Positions 20,174-31,340 of a stretch of 64,000 bases of DNA are shown piece by piece (positions within the stretch are counted from its first letter, which is position 1; each line of letters starts with the position of its first letter). The position numbers and the translations under genes are program-made. Under the pieces are notes generated by a model. That model did no database searches. It was not told the origin of the DNA and saw only the letters and a list, made by a program, of their open reading frames with translations. Origin of the DNA: an uncultured Clostridia bacterium (GTDB lineage: Bacteria; Bacillota; Clostridia; Christensenellales; UBA1242); the NCBI GenBank assembly GCA_944345705.1, contig CALVML010000001.1, positions 34,871-98,870 on the forward strand. The letters run 5' to 3'.

Positions 20174-20689
20174 ATTTTTAAGGAATTATTAATAAACGAA
20201 CAAATTCAGGCATCACAAGTTCGTTTAATCGGAGAAAACGGAGAACAATTAGGTATTGTATCAAGAAGTGAAGCACTAGATATTGCAGATCAGCGAGGCT
20301 ATGATTTAGTGCTAATGTCTGGTAATGCTGTGCCACCAACATGCAAGCTTATGAATTATGGAAAATATAAATATGATTCCATAAAGAAAGAAAAAGAGAT
20401 GAAGAAATCTCAAAAAATCATTGAAACCAAAGAAGTGCGTCTTTCTATGACTATTGAGGAGCATGATATCGCCTATAGAATATCAAGTGCTACAAAGTTT
20501 TTAAAAGACGGAAATAAAGTAAAGGTTTCACTGCGCATGAAGGGTAGAGAACAGGCTTATGTTAAAAAGGCAATCGAAGTTGTTAAAGATTTCTGTGCAA
20601 GACTTGCGGAATTCGGTACAACTGAAAAAGAGCCTGAACTTCTTGGACGAAACATATTTGTTATTATAAGCCCGAAAAAGACAAAGTAA
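20174..20689 (+). CDS. infC: Translation initiation factor IF-3 (ATT start)
   Basis: Frame open upstream of track start 20309: IFKELLINEQIQASQVRLIGENGEQLGIV; SD GGGGA before ATT 20174. Confidence 0.95.
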   Translation: MFKELLINEQIQASQVRLIGENGEQLGIVSRSEALDIADQRGYDLVLMSGNAVPPTCKLMNYGKYKYDSIKKEKEMKKSQKIIETKEVRLSMTIEEHDIAYRISSATKFLKDGNKVKVSLRMKGREQAYVKKAIEVVKDFCARLAEFGTTEKEPELLGRNIFVIISPKKTK

Positions 20690-20702
20690 AAGGAGAAAGA
20701 AT

Positions 20703-20897
20703 ATGCCAAAACAAAAAACACACAGTGGTTGCAAAAAACGCTTTAGAGTAACAGCAAGTGGTCAAGTAAAATTTGCAAGACCAGGTAAGGGACACTTCCT
20801 TACAAAGAAATCACAATCAGTGAAAAAGAAATTGAGAAAGGGATCTTATATTTCAGGAAAGAATGCAGACAACATTAAATCCCTTTTGGCTAAGTAA
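20703..20897 (+). CDS. rpmI: 50S ribosomal protein L35
   Basis: MPKQKTHSGCKKRFRVTASG. Confidence 0.97.
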   Translation: MPKQKTHSGCKKRFRVTASGQVKFARPGKGHFLTKKSQSVKKKLRKGSYISGKNADNIKSLLAK

Positions 20898-20911
20898 TAT
20901 AGGAGGGACTT

Positions 20912-21253
20912 ATGAGAATTAAAAGATCAGTAAATGCACTTAAAAAGCGTCGCTCAATCTTAAAAAGCGCAAAAGGATATAGAGGTGCAAAATCAAAACT
21001 CTACAGAGTTGCAAAACAACAAGTTATGAGAAGTGGTCAATATGCTTACATTGGAAGAAAGCAAAAGAAAAGAGATTTCAGAGCACTTTGGATCACAAGA
21101 ATTAATGCTGGTTGCAGACAAAATGGAATTTCATATTCTAGATTTATTGCTGGACTTAAGAGCAAAGGTATTGAACTTAATAGAAAAGTTCTTGCTGATA
21201 TGGCGGTTAGAGAGCCAGAAGCATTTGCAAATCTTGTAGGACAAGTTAAATAA
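20912..21253 (+). CDS. rplT: 50S ribosomal protein L20
   Basis: [25 protein letters not shown]. Confidence 0.98.
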   Translation: MRIKRSVNALKKRRSILKSAKGYRGAKSKLYRVAKQQVMRSGQYAYIGRKQKKRDFRALWITRINAGCRQNGISYSRFIAGLKSKGIELNRKVLADMAVREPEAFANLVGQVK

Positions 21254-21975
21254 TGCAGAAAGCAAGCAATAATTTAATTAAAGAATTAAAAAAGCAAAAA
21301 CGAGAAAATTGTTCTTTGCTTTTTTTGGATAACATCAAAATCATAAACGACGTTATAAAACAAGGTCTTTTGCCAAAATTGATTTTAGTAGACAGTGAAT
21401 CAAAGTTTGTATGGGATGATAGTATTGAACATTACCTTGTTGATCATCATGTAATAGAACAACTTGCTGACTCTAAAACACCACAAGGAGTAGTATGTCT
21501 AATAGAATACATACAAGATATTGTATCCAAGCCAAAAGGGAACTTTTTGCTATTAGATACATTGCAAGATCCTGGTAATGTTGGAACACTTATAAGAACT
21601 GCAACTGCATGTGGCTTTAGTGATGTGTTTTTACTCGATAGTGTCAAAATAAATAATTCAAAAATGATACGAAGCAGTGTGGGTACAATCTTTAAAATTA
21701 AAGTGCATAGTCTAAGCAAACAAGAATTTATTTCATATTTTTCTGATTGGCATCTGCCACTATTAAAAGCAGATATGAATGGTGAAAACATATTTAACAC
21801 GAAATTTCCAAAACAGATAGGTATAGTTCTTGGAAATGAAGGTAATGGTGTATCGCAAGAAATTAGCGATTTTTGTGATCAAGCAATATCCATACCTATG
21901 CAAAACGATGTTGAAAGCCTTAATGTTGCAGTAAGTGGCTCAATTATAATGTACCAAATTATACAGAAACAATGA
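21253..21975 (+). CDS. TrmH/SpoU family RNA methyltransferase
   Basis: LQDPGNVGTLIRTA, LGNEGNGVS, ESLNVAV. Confidence 0.93.
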   Translation: MQKASNNLIKELKKQKRENCSLLFLDNIKIINDVIKQGLLPKLILVDSESKFVWDDSIEHYLVDHHVIEQLADSKTPQGVVCLIEYIQDIVSKPKGNFLLLDTLQDPGNVGTLIRTATACGFSDVFLLDSVKINNSKMIRSSVGTIFKIKVHSLSKQEFISYFSDWHLPLLKADMNGENIFNTKFPKQIGIVLGNEGNGVSQEISDFCDQAISIPMQNDVESLNVAVSGSIIMYQIIQKQ

Positions 21976-22118
21976 TATCAGCCATATATCGTTTTACTTT
22001 GTTTTTACTAAAAAAATAATTTGCATTATGAAATATTGTTTCTAAAGAAAAACTTATATTTCTTTTAAAATATATTCAATCATTTGACAAGACAAGTTAA
22101 AATGATTAAAATATTCAT

Positions 22119-22270
22119 GGATTTAGAAAGAATTTTATAAAAGTATTTACAAATTTAAAGATAGCAAATATACTTAATATTACGAATTTTAATTGGCTAT
22201 GTATACTATTTTATTAAATGGAGTACGCTTATCCATTTAATTAGCATAATACTTTATTCACTTAAATCCA
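22119..22270 (+). ncRNA. Putative structured RNA / long 5' leader of yebC
   Basis: TTGACA-17-TAAAAT promoter (22084-22112); 5' GGATTTAG pairs with TTAAATCC, AAAGTATT with AATACTTT; inner hairpin TTAAATGGA/TCCATTTAA. Confidence 0.4.
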
Positions 22271-22341
22271 GAACTACAAAAATTTATTTTTTTCTATTTT
22301 TTCATTCATCTAATCATAATATTTTATAAGGAGAACATAAT

Positions 22342-23073
22342 ATGTCAGGACACTCAAAATGGCACAATATACAAGCTAGAAAAGGTAAAAGTGATGCGGC
22401 TAGAGGTAAGATCTTTACTAAAATTGGTCGTGAAATTGCTGTGGTAGTAAAAACAGGAGGTGCTGATCCTATATCTAACCCTAAATTAAGAGATGTAATC
22501 GCTAAAGCAAAACAAAACAATATGCCAAACGATACAATCGAAAGAAGTATTAAAAAGGCATCAGGAGAACTTGCTGGCGTAAACTATGAAAGTTGTACTT
22601 ATGAAGGCTATGGGCAAGGTGGTTCTGCTGTTATTGTTGAATGCTTAACTGATAATAAAAATAGAACGGCTGGCGATGTTAGACATTCTTTTGATAAATT
22701 TGGCGGATCACTTGGTAATAGTGGATGCGTAAGTTATCTATTTAATCGAAAGGGCATTGTCGAAGTAGAAAGGACTGATAAAATTGATAGCGATGAATTT
22801 ATGCTTGAAGTTTTAGATATGGGTGCTGTAGATATTAACGAATACGACGATACTTTCGAAGTTATCACTCAAGCAAACGAACACAATAAACTTGCAGATC
22901 AGCTTAAAAACGCAGGCTATAATGTTTTGAATAGTGAAACAACTTTAGTACCAGATTCATATATTAATCTTGAAAATGACAAACTTGAAAAGTTCATAAA
23001 AATGATTGATGCTCTAGAAGATTTAGATGATGTACAACAAGTTTATCACAATGTAAATATTGATGAAGAATAG
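22342..23073 (+). CDS. yebC: YebC/PmpR family protein
   Basis: MSGHSKWHNI, YEGYG, LTDNKNRT, LEDLDDVQQVYHN. Confidence 0.97.
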   Translation: MSGHSKWHNIQARKGKSDAARGKIFTKIGREIAVVVKTGGADPISNPKLRDVIAKAKQNNMPNDTIERSIKKASGELAGVNYESCTYEGYGQGGSAVIVECLTDNKNRTAGDVRHSFDKFGGSLGNSGCVSYLFNRKGIVEVERTDKIDSDEFMLEVLDMGAVDINEYDDTFEVITQANEHNKLADQLKNAGYNVLNSETTLVPDSYINLENDKLEKFIKMIDALEDLDDVQQVYHNVNIDEE

Positions 23074-23218
23074 TCTATATTACCAGAAACCGAACTTGCT
23101 TGCAAGGGTGAGGCTGATGGTCATACACACTATGTGATGGACACAATTTATTGTGTTTTTGCGTTTAGCAAATTTAAAATTTAACTTGTTTAAATTTTAA
23201 CATCACATAGTTTATATT
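23070..23218 (+). repeat. Single copy of the multi-hairpin element found in tandem at 62155-62736
   Basis: Near-identical to the 62.1-62.7 kb units; bounded by ATAGTCTATATT / ATAGTTTATATT direct repeats. Confidence 0.92.
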
Positions 23219-23227
23219 TTGAATATT

Positions 23228-23255
23228 ATGCCACTTTGTAATGAGTGGCATTTTT
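23228..23255 (+). terminator. Intrinsic terminator after yebC and the element
   Basis: ATGCCACT..AGTGGCAT stem plus T run. Confidence 0.75.
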
Positions 23256-23356
23256 GATTTGATAATTATTTTATATTTAAAATAATCTTACGAAAGTTCA
23301 AAACAAAGATGTTATAAATATTTGACTTAAAAGTGATTATGTAGTAAAATTTAAAC

Positions 23357-23845
23357 ATGGTAATTTTAGGAATTGATCCGGGATATGCAATAATCGGATA
23401 TGGTGTAATAGATACAAATGCAAAAGATATGGTGCTCGATTATGGTGCAATTACTACACCTAAAGAGGACACTTTGCCGATAAGGCTTGAAAGTATTGAA
23501 GCAAGTTTAAAATATTTGTTTGATAAATATAAACCTGATGTGGTAGCGATAGAGGAACTCTTCTATTTCAAAAATCAAAAGACTGTCATACAAGTGGCTC
23601 AGGCTAGAGGCGTCATCATTTTAGCTTGTCAAAAATATTGTGGAAATATTTATGAATACACACCACTTCAAATAAAGCAAGCATTAACGGGACAAGGTAG
23701 AGCAGAAAAAGCTCAGGTTCAATATATGGTGAAGGCTATATTAGGACTAGATTCCATTCCTAAACCTGATGATGCCGCAGATGCTCTTGCGGTTGCGATT
23801 TGTCATAGTCAAACAAGTCCTATGTTAAACGCAAACAAGGCATAA
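23357..23845 (+). CDS. ruvC: Holliday junction resolvase RuvC
   Basis: ILGIDPG, AQARGV, DDAADALAVAICH. Confidence 0.97.
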   Translation: MVILGIDPGYAIIGYGVIDTNAKDMVLDYGAITTPKEDTLPIRLESIEASLKYLFDKYKPDVVAIEELFYFKNQKTVIQVAQARGVIILACQKYCGNIYEYTPLQIKQALTGQGRAEKAQVQYMVKAILGLDSIPKPDDAADALAVAICHSQTSPMLNANKA

Positions 23846-23924
23846 TAAATCAAATTTGTAGATTAATACATTTTTATATTTGCTTTAGTTTGCTGTTGCA
23901 AAAAGTACTTTTTAAAGGAGAATT

Positions 23925-24515
23925 ATGATTTCATTTTTAGTAGGAATAATTGAAGAAAAAAACGATACAAGCGTTATTGTAAATGTCAATGGAGTTGGCT
24001 ATGAAGTCAATGTTTCTTCGAACACATTGGTCACTTTACCTATAGGCGAAATGGTTAAAGTTTTAACATATCTCGCAGTTAGGGAAGATGGAATATATCT
24101 CTATGGCTTTTCTACACATGAAGAGCGAGAAATTTTTAATAAACTAATAACTGTCAGCGGTGTTGGTCCAAAAGTGGCATTACAAATTTTGTCTGGCCTA
24201 TCTTTATCTGATTTATGCATTGCTATCGTCAAGGAAGATACAAAACTTTTATCTAAAATAAAGGGACTTGGGAAAAAGACAGCCGAAAGAATTTGCTTAG
24301 AATTAAAGGATAAAATCTCTCCACTATCTTTTGGCGACAATTCTGATAATTATCAAGATGACTACAACGAAGATGCGTTGCAGATGGCAATTGATACTCT
24401 GGTAAGTTTGGGAATTAACAAAAATGATGCCTATATGTTAGCAAGAGCCAATGCTGGAAATAATGCCACAGCTGAAGAAATAATTACAAAATCAATTAGG
24501 GGGTATCAAGGCTAA
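23925..24515 (+). CDS. ruvA: Holliday junction branch migration protein RuvA
   Basis: [30 protein letters not shown]. Confidence 0.97.
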   Translation: MISFLVGIIEEKNDTSVIVNVNGVGYEVNVSSNTLVTLPIGEMVKVLTYLAVREDGIYLYGFSTHEEREIFNKLITVSGVGPKVALQILSGLSLSDLCIAIVKEDTKLLSKIKGLGKKTAERICLELKDKISPLSFGDNSDNYQDDYNEDALQMAIDTLVSLGINKNDAYMLARANAGNNATAEEIITKSIRGYQG

Positions 24516-25528
24516 TGGAAGACATCAATAGATTTGTAACCAGCACAAAAAATATGACTGATGCTGAAATCGAAAACTCTCTTAGGCCAAATAGTTTTGA
24601 TGAATATATAGGTCAAACAAAGGTTAAAGAAGCGTTATCAGTCTATATTCAAGCTGCCAAAAATAGAAAGGAAAGTCTAGACCATGTTTTATTATATGGC
24701 CCACCAGGACTTGGCAAAACCACTTTAAGTCATATCATAGCAAATGAACTTGGCTCTCAATTTAAAGTAACATCGGGCCCAGCTATTGAGCATGCTGCTG
24801 ATCTTGCTGCAATACTAACCAATCTAAATCAAAATGATGTTTTATTTATTGATGAAATTCATAGATTAAATAAAACAGTGGAAGAAATTCTATATCCTGC
24901 TATGGAAGACTTTGCTTTAGACTTTATTGTAGGTAAGGGACCAAGCGCAAGAAATATGCGTCTTAAAATAAAGCCTTTTACTTTGATAGGGGCAACTACG
25001 AGAGCTGGCATGCTTACCAATCCACTCCGTGATAGATTTGGTGTGATTTGTAGGCTTGAACTATATAGCGAAGATGAACTCGCTATAATCATTAGAAGAT
25101 CAGCCAAAATTTTAGGCATATCTATAGAAGATGATGCATGCAGGGAAATTGCAAAACGCTCACGCGGTACGCCAAGAATTGCCAATCGACTGCTAAAACG
25201 CGTAAGAGATTATGCACAAGTATTAGGCGAGGGCGTTATCAATAAACAAATAGCTGACAAAACTTTGCAAATAATGGAAATAGACGAACTTGGGCTTGAT
25301 AATATAGATAGAAAGATTATGCTTTCGATTATCAATAAATTCAGTGGTGGACCAGTTGGACTTGATACTCTAGCTGCTACCATTAGTGAAGACTCGTCAA
25401 CTATCGAAGATGTTTATGAACCATATCTTTTACAACTTGGATTTATTTCAAGAACTCCAAGGGGTAGGGTAGCATTAGAACCTGCTTATAAACATTTTGG
25501 CATACCATTTTTAGATAAGCAATCTTAG
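24515..25528 (+). CDS. ruvB: Holliday junction helicase RuvB
   Basis: [30 protein letters not shown]. Confidence 0.98.
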   Translation: MEDINRFVTSTKNMTDAEIENSLRPNSFDEYIGQTKVKEALSVYIQAAKNRKESLDHVLLYGPPGLGKTTLSHIIANELGSQFKVTSGPAIEHAADLAAILTNLNQNDVLFIDEIHRLNKTVEEILYPAMEDFALDFIVGKGPSARNMRLKIKPFTLIGATTRAGMLTNPLRDRFGVICRLELYSEDELAIIIRRSAKILGISIEDDACREIAKRSRGTPRIANRLLKRVRDYAQVLGEGVINKQIADKTLQIMEIDELGLDNIDRKIMLSIINKFSGGPVGLDTLAATISEDSSTIEDVYEPYLLQLGFISRTPRGRVALEPAYKHFGIPFLDKQS

Positions 25529-25743
25529 AGAATTCTTTTAAAACTAAATTAATTTGTTAGACCTGCCGACGATCTTATACTAACAATATGACTAATAATT
25601 TAAAAAGAAAATTAAAAATATGCTTAAAAAATATTGCCGTCTTTTTAATACAAATATAGAGTTAAATAGCAATATTTTCTTTAACTAAATATATTTTAAA
25701 CCAATTTGATATACTATATATATGAACTTATAAGGAAAAGAAG

Positions 25744-26787
25744 ATGAATAAAAATAATATAGACTTAATGAAAAAAAGCAGTTACTATTACGATTTGCCA
25801 CAAGAGTTAATTGCACAGACGCCAATAGAACCTAGAGATCAATCGCGTCTATTAGTTTATAATAGACAAACAAAAAAGATAGAACATAAAATTTTTAAAG
25901 ATATAATTGATTATCTCAAAGCAGGTGATGTACTTGTTGTCAATAATACAAAAGTTTTGCCGGCAAGATTATATGGCTACAAAGATACAGGAGCAAAAAT
26001 AGAAGTTCTTTTACAAAAAAGACTTGACTTATATACTTGGGAAGCTATTTCGAAACCTTTTAAAAGACTAAAGATTGGTACTATTTTAACATTTAGTAAA
26101 AATCTTTCATGTGAAATTATAGAAAAAGGGAAATACGGGCTTTGCAAAATCAAATTTATTTTTGAAGGTGTATTTGAGGAAAGATTGTCCGAGGTAGGTC
26201 AAATTCCATTGCCTCCATATATCCATGAAAAACTTCAAAACAAAGATAGATATCAAACAGTATATTCAAAAGTAGAAGGTTCGTCTGCCGCTCCAACAGC
26301 TGGTTTACATTTTACAAAAGAACTTTTGCAAAGAATAAAAGAAAAGGGGATTGAAATAGTCGAAGTTTTACTTCATGTAGGACTTGGAACATTTAAACCT
26401 GTTAAAGAAGAAAATATTTTAGATCATCAAATGCACAGTGAATATATTGAAATGTCGCAAGAGAACGCTGATATTATAAATAAGGCAAAACAAGAAAACA
26501 GGAGAGTGATAGCTGTAGGAACAACAAGTGTCCGAGTACTTGAAAGCTGTGCTGATGAAAATGGTAAAATTCATGCAATAAAAAAAGATACAGATATATT
26601 TATCTATCCTTCATATAAATTTAAAGTTGTTGACGGACTTATTACAAACTTCCATCTTCCTGAAAGTACACTTATCATGCTTGTATCGGCATTTGCTGGT
26701 TTTGACGAAACAATGCAAATCTATAACGAGGCAGTAAAATCTCAATATCGATTTTTCTCATTTGGAGATGCTATGTTCATAATATAG
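25744..26787 (+). CDS. queA: S-adenosylmethionine:tRNA ribosyltransferase-isomerase
   Basis: [29 protein letters not shown]. Confidence 0.98.
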   Translation: MNKNNIDLMKKSSYYYDLPQELIAQTPIEPRDQSRLLVYNRQTKKIEHKIFKDIIDYLKAGDVLVVNNTKVLPARLYGYKDTGAKIEVLLQKRLDLYTWEAISKPFKRLKIGTILTFSKNLSCEIIEKGKYGLCKIKFIFEGVFEERLSEVGQIPLPPYIHEKLQNKDRYQTVYSKVEGSSAAPTAGLHFTKELLQRIKEKGIEIVEVLLHVGLGTFKPVKEENILDHQMHSEYIEMSQENADIINKAKQENRRVIAVGTTSVRVLESCADENGKIHAIKKDTDIFIYPSYKFKVVDGLITNFHLPESTLIMLVSAFAGFDETMQIYNEAVKSQYRFFSFGDAMFII

Positions 26788-26909
26788 TAGGTTATATGCA
26801 CATATAACATACTATATATAGTATAATCATAGTATTTCATATAAATTATTATAAAAAATTTCCATAAAGAAAACTCATTTGAGTATAATTTTAAATTTCA
26901 AATTTTTAA

Positions 26910-28058
<1,149 letters not shown>

Positions 28059-28590
28059 AAAAATTAAAAAAAGTGAATAATTATATCAAACCTGCACAAC
28101 ATAATAGCGTGAAGGAGATATGCTTCACATTATAGAAGGAAGTCAAGAATATTTGGGATATCAAATAATTTTGGCTTCTTTTTATTTTATGCAAACATTA
28201 AAGTGTAGATAAATTATAAAAATGCAATAGACTTGCATTCGAATTTCTCGATTTCCCTTAAAATCGTAGTTTTTTTGAATAAAGAAAAAAACAAGGATCA
28301 ATGTCTAAGTTATTTTAACATCTTGACAAATCGCGATCCTTAATATAACATAGTAGAAAATTATTTACAATTTTTCTGTCGTATTTATCAGTCTATAATT
28401 TTTATGATTTCCAAATTCTATATTTTCATTAGGCTAACCGTGGATAGATAGCATGATTTCGCACAACAGCATTGAACTTAAACACCATAATCTCAATTAA
28501 TAAATCTTTCTCACTTTCTTATATGATTGTTATTTAATATTGATTTATCTATTTTAATTTTTAAAACAATCTTATAAACATTTATAAAGA

Positions 28591-29631
28591 CTAATTTTCA
28601 GAATTTAGTTTTACTTTATCTGCAACACTTTTTCTCATGTCTTCGCTGATGGCAGCGTAGTGTTTCTTGGTCGTATTTACATCCTTATGACCTAATACAT
28701 CCGCTACAATATAAATATCACGCGTTTCTTTATATAAATTTGTGCCGAAAGTACTTCTTAATTTATGCGGCGATATTTTTTTAAGAGGAGATGCAATTTG
28801 TGCAAATTTTTTCACTAAGTTTTCTACAGCACGGATAGAAATTCGTTTATTTTGAAGGGATATAAACATTGCCTTTTCTTCTTTTGGCAACTCAAGAGTT
28901 GCGCGTTTTTCAAGCCATGTTTTTAGTGCCATAGCAACTTCATTAGAAAAATACAACATTGTTTGATTTCCACCTTTTCTTGTAACTAAAAAGGCATTTT
29001 GTGTAAAATCAAAATTCTCAATATTTAAACCAACAAGTTCTGAAATTCTTATGCCTGTACCTAAAAATAATGTTATGATAGCATTATCTCGTTCGAAGGT
29101 ATTTTTATTGTACTCTCTTTGTCTATCTGTAAATTCTGTAGGGGATTCAACGGCATTTAAAAGCCTTGATACTTCATCTTTTTCAAGTCTTATAATTTCC
29201 TTATTATGCAATTTAGGAGTGTCGATTTTACTTGCAACATTTGCTTCAATCATATCATGATTAAAAAGATACTTGAAAAAACTGCGCAAAGAAGCAAGTT
29301 TTCGAGCCTTTCCTTTTTCATCATTTTTATATTGTTTATCGTTTAACTGATAAAACGATAAATAAGATAGATATTGTTCTAGGTTTCTAGATTTAATTTT
29401 GTTTATATCCTCCAAAGTAATTTCACTTTCTTTCTTATGAAATACAAATCTTGATAAATAATTAAAAAAAACATATAAATCCATGGCGTAATTATATCGC
29501 GTTAAAGAAGATGTATTATTTTCAATACCTATAAAATAGTCGAGGCAAAAGTCGGGGAGTTGTTCTAGATATTTCGACATTTTTAATCTATTGCTTAGAT
29601 CTCTTTTTTGATAAAAACTTGTTTTTTCCAT
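28591..29631 (-). CDS. Tyrosine recombinase, XerS-like single Xer
   Basis: Catalytic R (GIRISEL), K (VTRKGG), HxxR (SPHKLR), LGH, Y (KHY); 346 aa; next to the strand switch; no mobile cargo. Confidence 0.85.
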   Translation of the reverse strand: MEKTSFYQKRDLSNRLKMSKYLEQLPDFCLDYFIGIENNTSSLTRYNYAMDLYVFFNYLSRFVFHKKESEITLEDINKIKSRNLEQYLSYLSFYQLNDKQYKNDEKGKARKLASLRSFFKYLFNHDMIEANVASKIDTPKLHNKEIIRLEKDEVSRLLNAVESPTEFTDRQREYNKNTFERDNAIITLFLGTGIRISELVGLNIENFDFTQNAFLVTRKGGNQTMLYFSNEVAMALKTWLEKRATLELPKEEKAMFISLQNKRISIRAVENLVKKFAQIASPLKKISPHKLRSTFGTNLYKETRDIYIVADVLGHKDVNTTKKHYAAISEDMRKSVADKVKLNSEN

Positions 29632-29677
29632 ATTGTTATAATAGCATATTTTTCTAAAAAATCAAACAAATTTCAAT

Positions 29678-29691
29678 ATCTATGCGTAAAA
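29678..29691. promoter_or_regulatory. dif half-site in the xer promoter region
   Basis: ATCTATGCGTAAAA is identical to 14 bp of the left arm of the palindrome at 32515-32548. Confidence 0.65.
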
Positions 29692-29954
29692 TACTATGAT
29701 TTTTTAAGTTGTTCTTGATTTAATCATAAAATACTGTCAAAAATATAAATGAGATTTTATAACTGGCAAAATAATATAATATCTTCTTTTATTAAAACAA
29801 AAAAAGTATTTTATTTAATTGAAAAAATTGACTTAATAGAAAAATAACATTATAATTAAAATGAACAGGATATATTCTATTATTTTAATATAAAAGAGGG
29901 GTTTGTAATTATAATAAATATTTCCTAATGCAAATACGAATAAAAGGAGCTAAA

Positions 29955-31244
29955 ATGATCGACATAAATTTAATTAGAAATAATCCAGAATTAGTAAAAG
30001 AAAATATAAAAAAGAAATGTCAAGATGAAAAATTACCTGTGGTTGATGAAGTAATTGATTTCGATAAAAAAGCAAGGACTTTGCAACAAGAAGGTGATGA
30101 TCTTCGTGCTAAACGCAATAGTTATTCAAGTCAAATCGGCGCTATGATGCGTGAAAAACAAATTGACAAAGCAAACGAATTAAAGAACATTGTTAAAGCA
30201 AATAACGAAAGGATAGAAAATATAGATTTACAATTGCAGGAATTAAATAAGGAGATTAAATCTATTATGATGAAAATTCCAAATATTATTGCTGACGATG
30301 TTCCTGTAGGCAAAGATGATAGCGAAAATGTAGAATTAGAAAAATTTGGCGATCCAATTGTACCTGACTATGAAATTCCATATCATGCTGATATTCTTGA
30401 AAGTATCAACGGGTTAGACAAAGAAAGTGCTGGCAGAACAAGTGGCACAGGTTTCTATTACCTAATGGGCGATGCAGCAAGATTACATGAGGCTATGATT
30501 GCTTATGGACGCGATTATATGATTGACCAAGGATTTACTTATTGTATTCCGCCTTTTATGATTAGAAGTGATGTTGTAAATGGCGTTATGAGTTTCGCCG
30601 AAATGGAAGCCATGATGTATAAGATTGAAAATGAAGATCTATTCCTAGTTGGAACAAGCGAACATAGTATGATAGGCAAATTTAAAGGACAAATTATAAG
30701 CGAACAAGATCTGCCAATTAAAATGACATCTTATTCTCCATGTTTTAGAAAGGAAGGCGGTGCGCATGGGCTTGAAGAACGCGGATTATATAGAGTTCAT
30801 CAATTTGAGAAACAAGAAATGATTGTAATATGCAAGCCAGAAGATAGCATGGATTACTATAATAAGATGTGGAAATATACAGTAGATATCTTCCGCAATC
30901 TTGAAATACCTGTTCGAACACTTGAATGCTGTAGCGGAGATTTAGCAGATTTAAAAGTAAAAAGTTGCGATGTTGAAGCTTGGAGCCCAAGACAGAAAAA
31001 ATATTTTGAAGTAGGTTCTTGCTCAACACTCGGCGATGCTCAAGCTAGAAGATTAGGAATAAGAGCAAAAGGTGAAAAAGGAACATACTTCTTGCATACT
31101 TTAAACAATACCGTTCTTGCTTCTCCAAGAGCGCTGATAGCATTTTTAGAAAATAATCTACAAGCAGATGGAAGCATAAAAATACCAGCAGTTTTACAGC
31201 CTTATATGGGCGGTAAGACATCAATAATACCAAAACAAAAATAA
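29955..31244 (+). CDS. serS: Serine--tRNA ligase
   Basis: MIDINLIR, GTSEH, FRKEGG, RVHQFEKQE, HTLNNT; SD AGGAG before ATG 29955. Confidence 0.97.
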   Translation: MIDINLIRNNPELVKENIKKKCQDEKLPVVDEVIDFDKKARTLQQEGDDLRAKRNSYSSQIGAMMREKQIDKANELKNIVKANNERIENIDLQLQELNKEIKSIMMKIPNIIADDVPVGKDDSENVELEKFGDPIVPDYEIPYHADILESINGLDKESAGRTSGTGFYYLMGDAARLHEAMIAYGRDYMIDQGFTYCIPPFMIRSDVVNGVMSFAEMEAMMYKIENEDLFLVGTSEHSMIGKFKGQIISEQDLPIKMTSYSPCFRKEGGAHGLEERGLYRVHQFEKQEMIVICKPEDSMDYYNKMWKYTVDIFRNLEIPVRTLECCSGDLADLKVKSCDVEAWSPRQKKYFEVGSCSTLGDAQARRLGIRAKGEKGTYFLHTLNNTVLASPRALIAFLENNLQADGSIKIPAVLQPYMGGKTSIIPKQK

Positions 31245-31340
31245 GTTTTTATTAGATATCTAAATTATTTATTATAATTGTATTAAATTCACTAATGTGA
31301 ATACTTAAATAAACAATCTTTCTTTAAAAAAAGGAAAAAT

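Noticed and set aside
23106-23122. M-box or fluoride riboswitch (GGTGAGGCT, GCTGATG)
   Set aside because: Only short word matches; the rest of the consensus is absent and the element lies 3' of genes
28120-28220. Small ORF after AAGGAG
   Set aside because: SD-ATG spacing is only 2 nt and the frame runs through a terminator hairpin
28591-29631. Prophage/ICE integrase
   Set aside because: No att repeats or mobile cargo, flanked by tgt and serS; Xer-like size and terminus position
29830-29954. T-box upstream of serS
   Set aside because: No GGTGGNACC T-box sequence and the leader is too short
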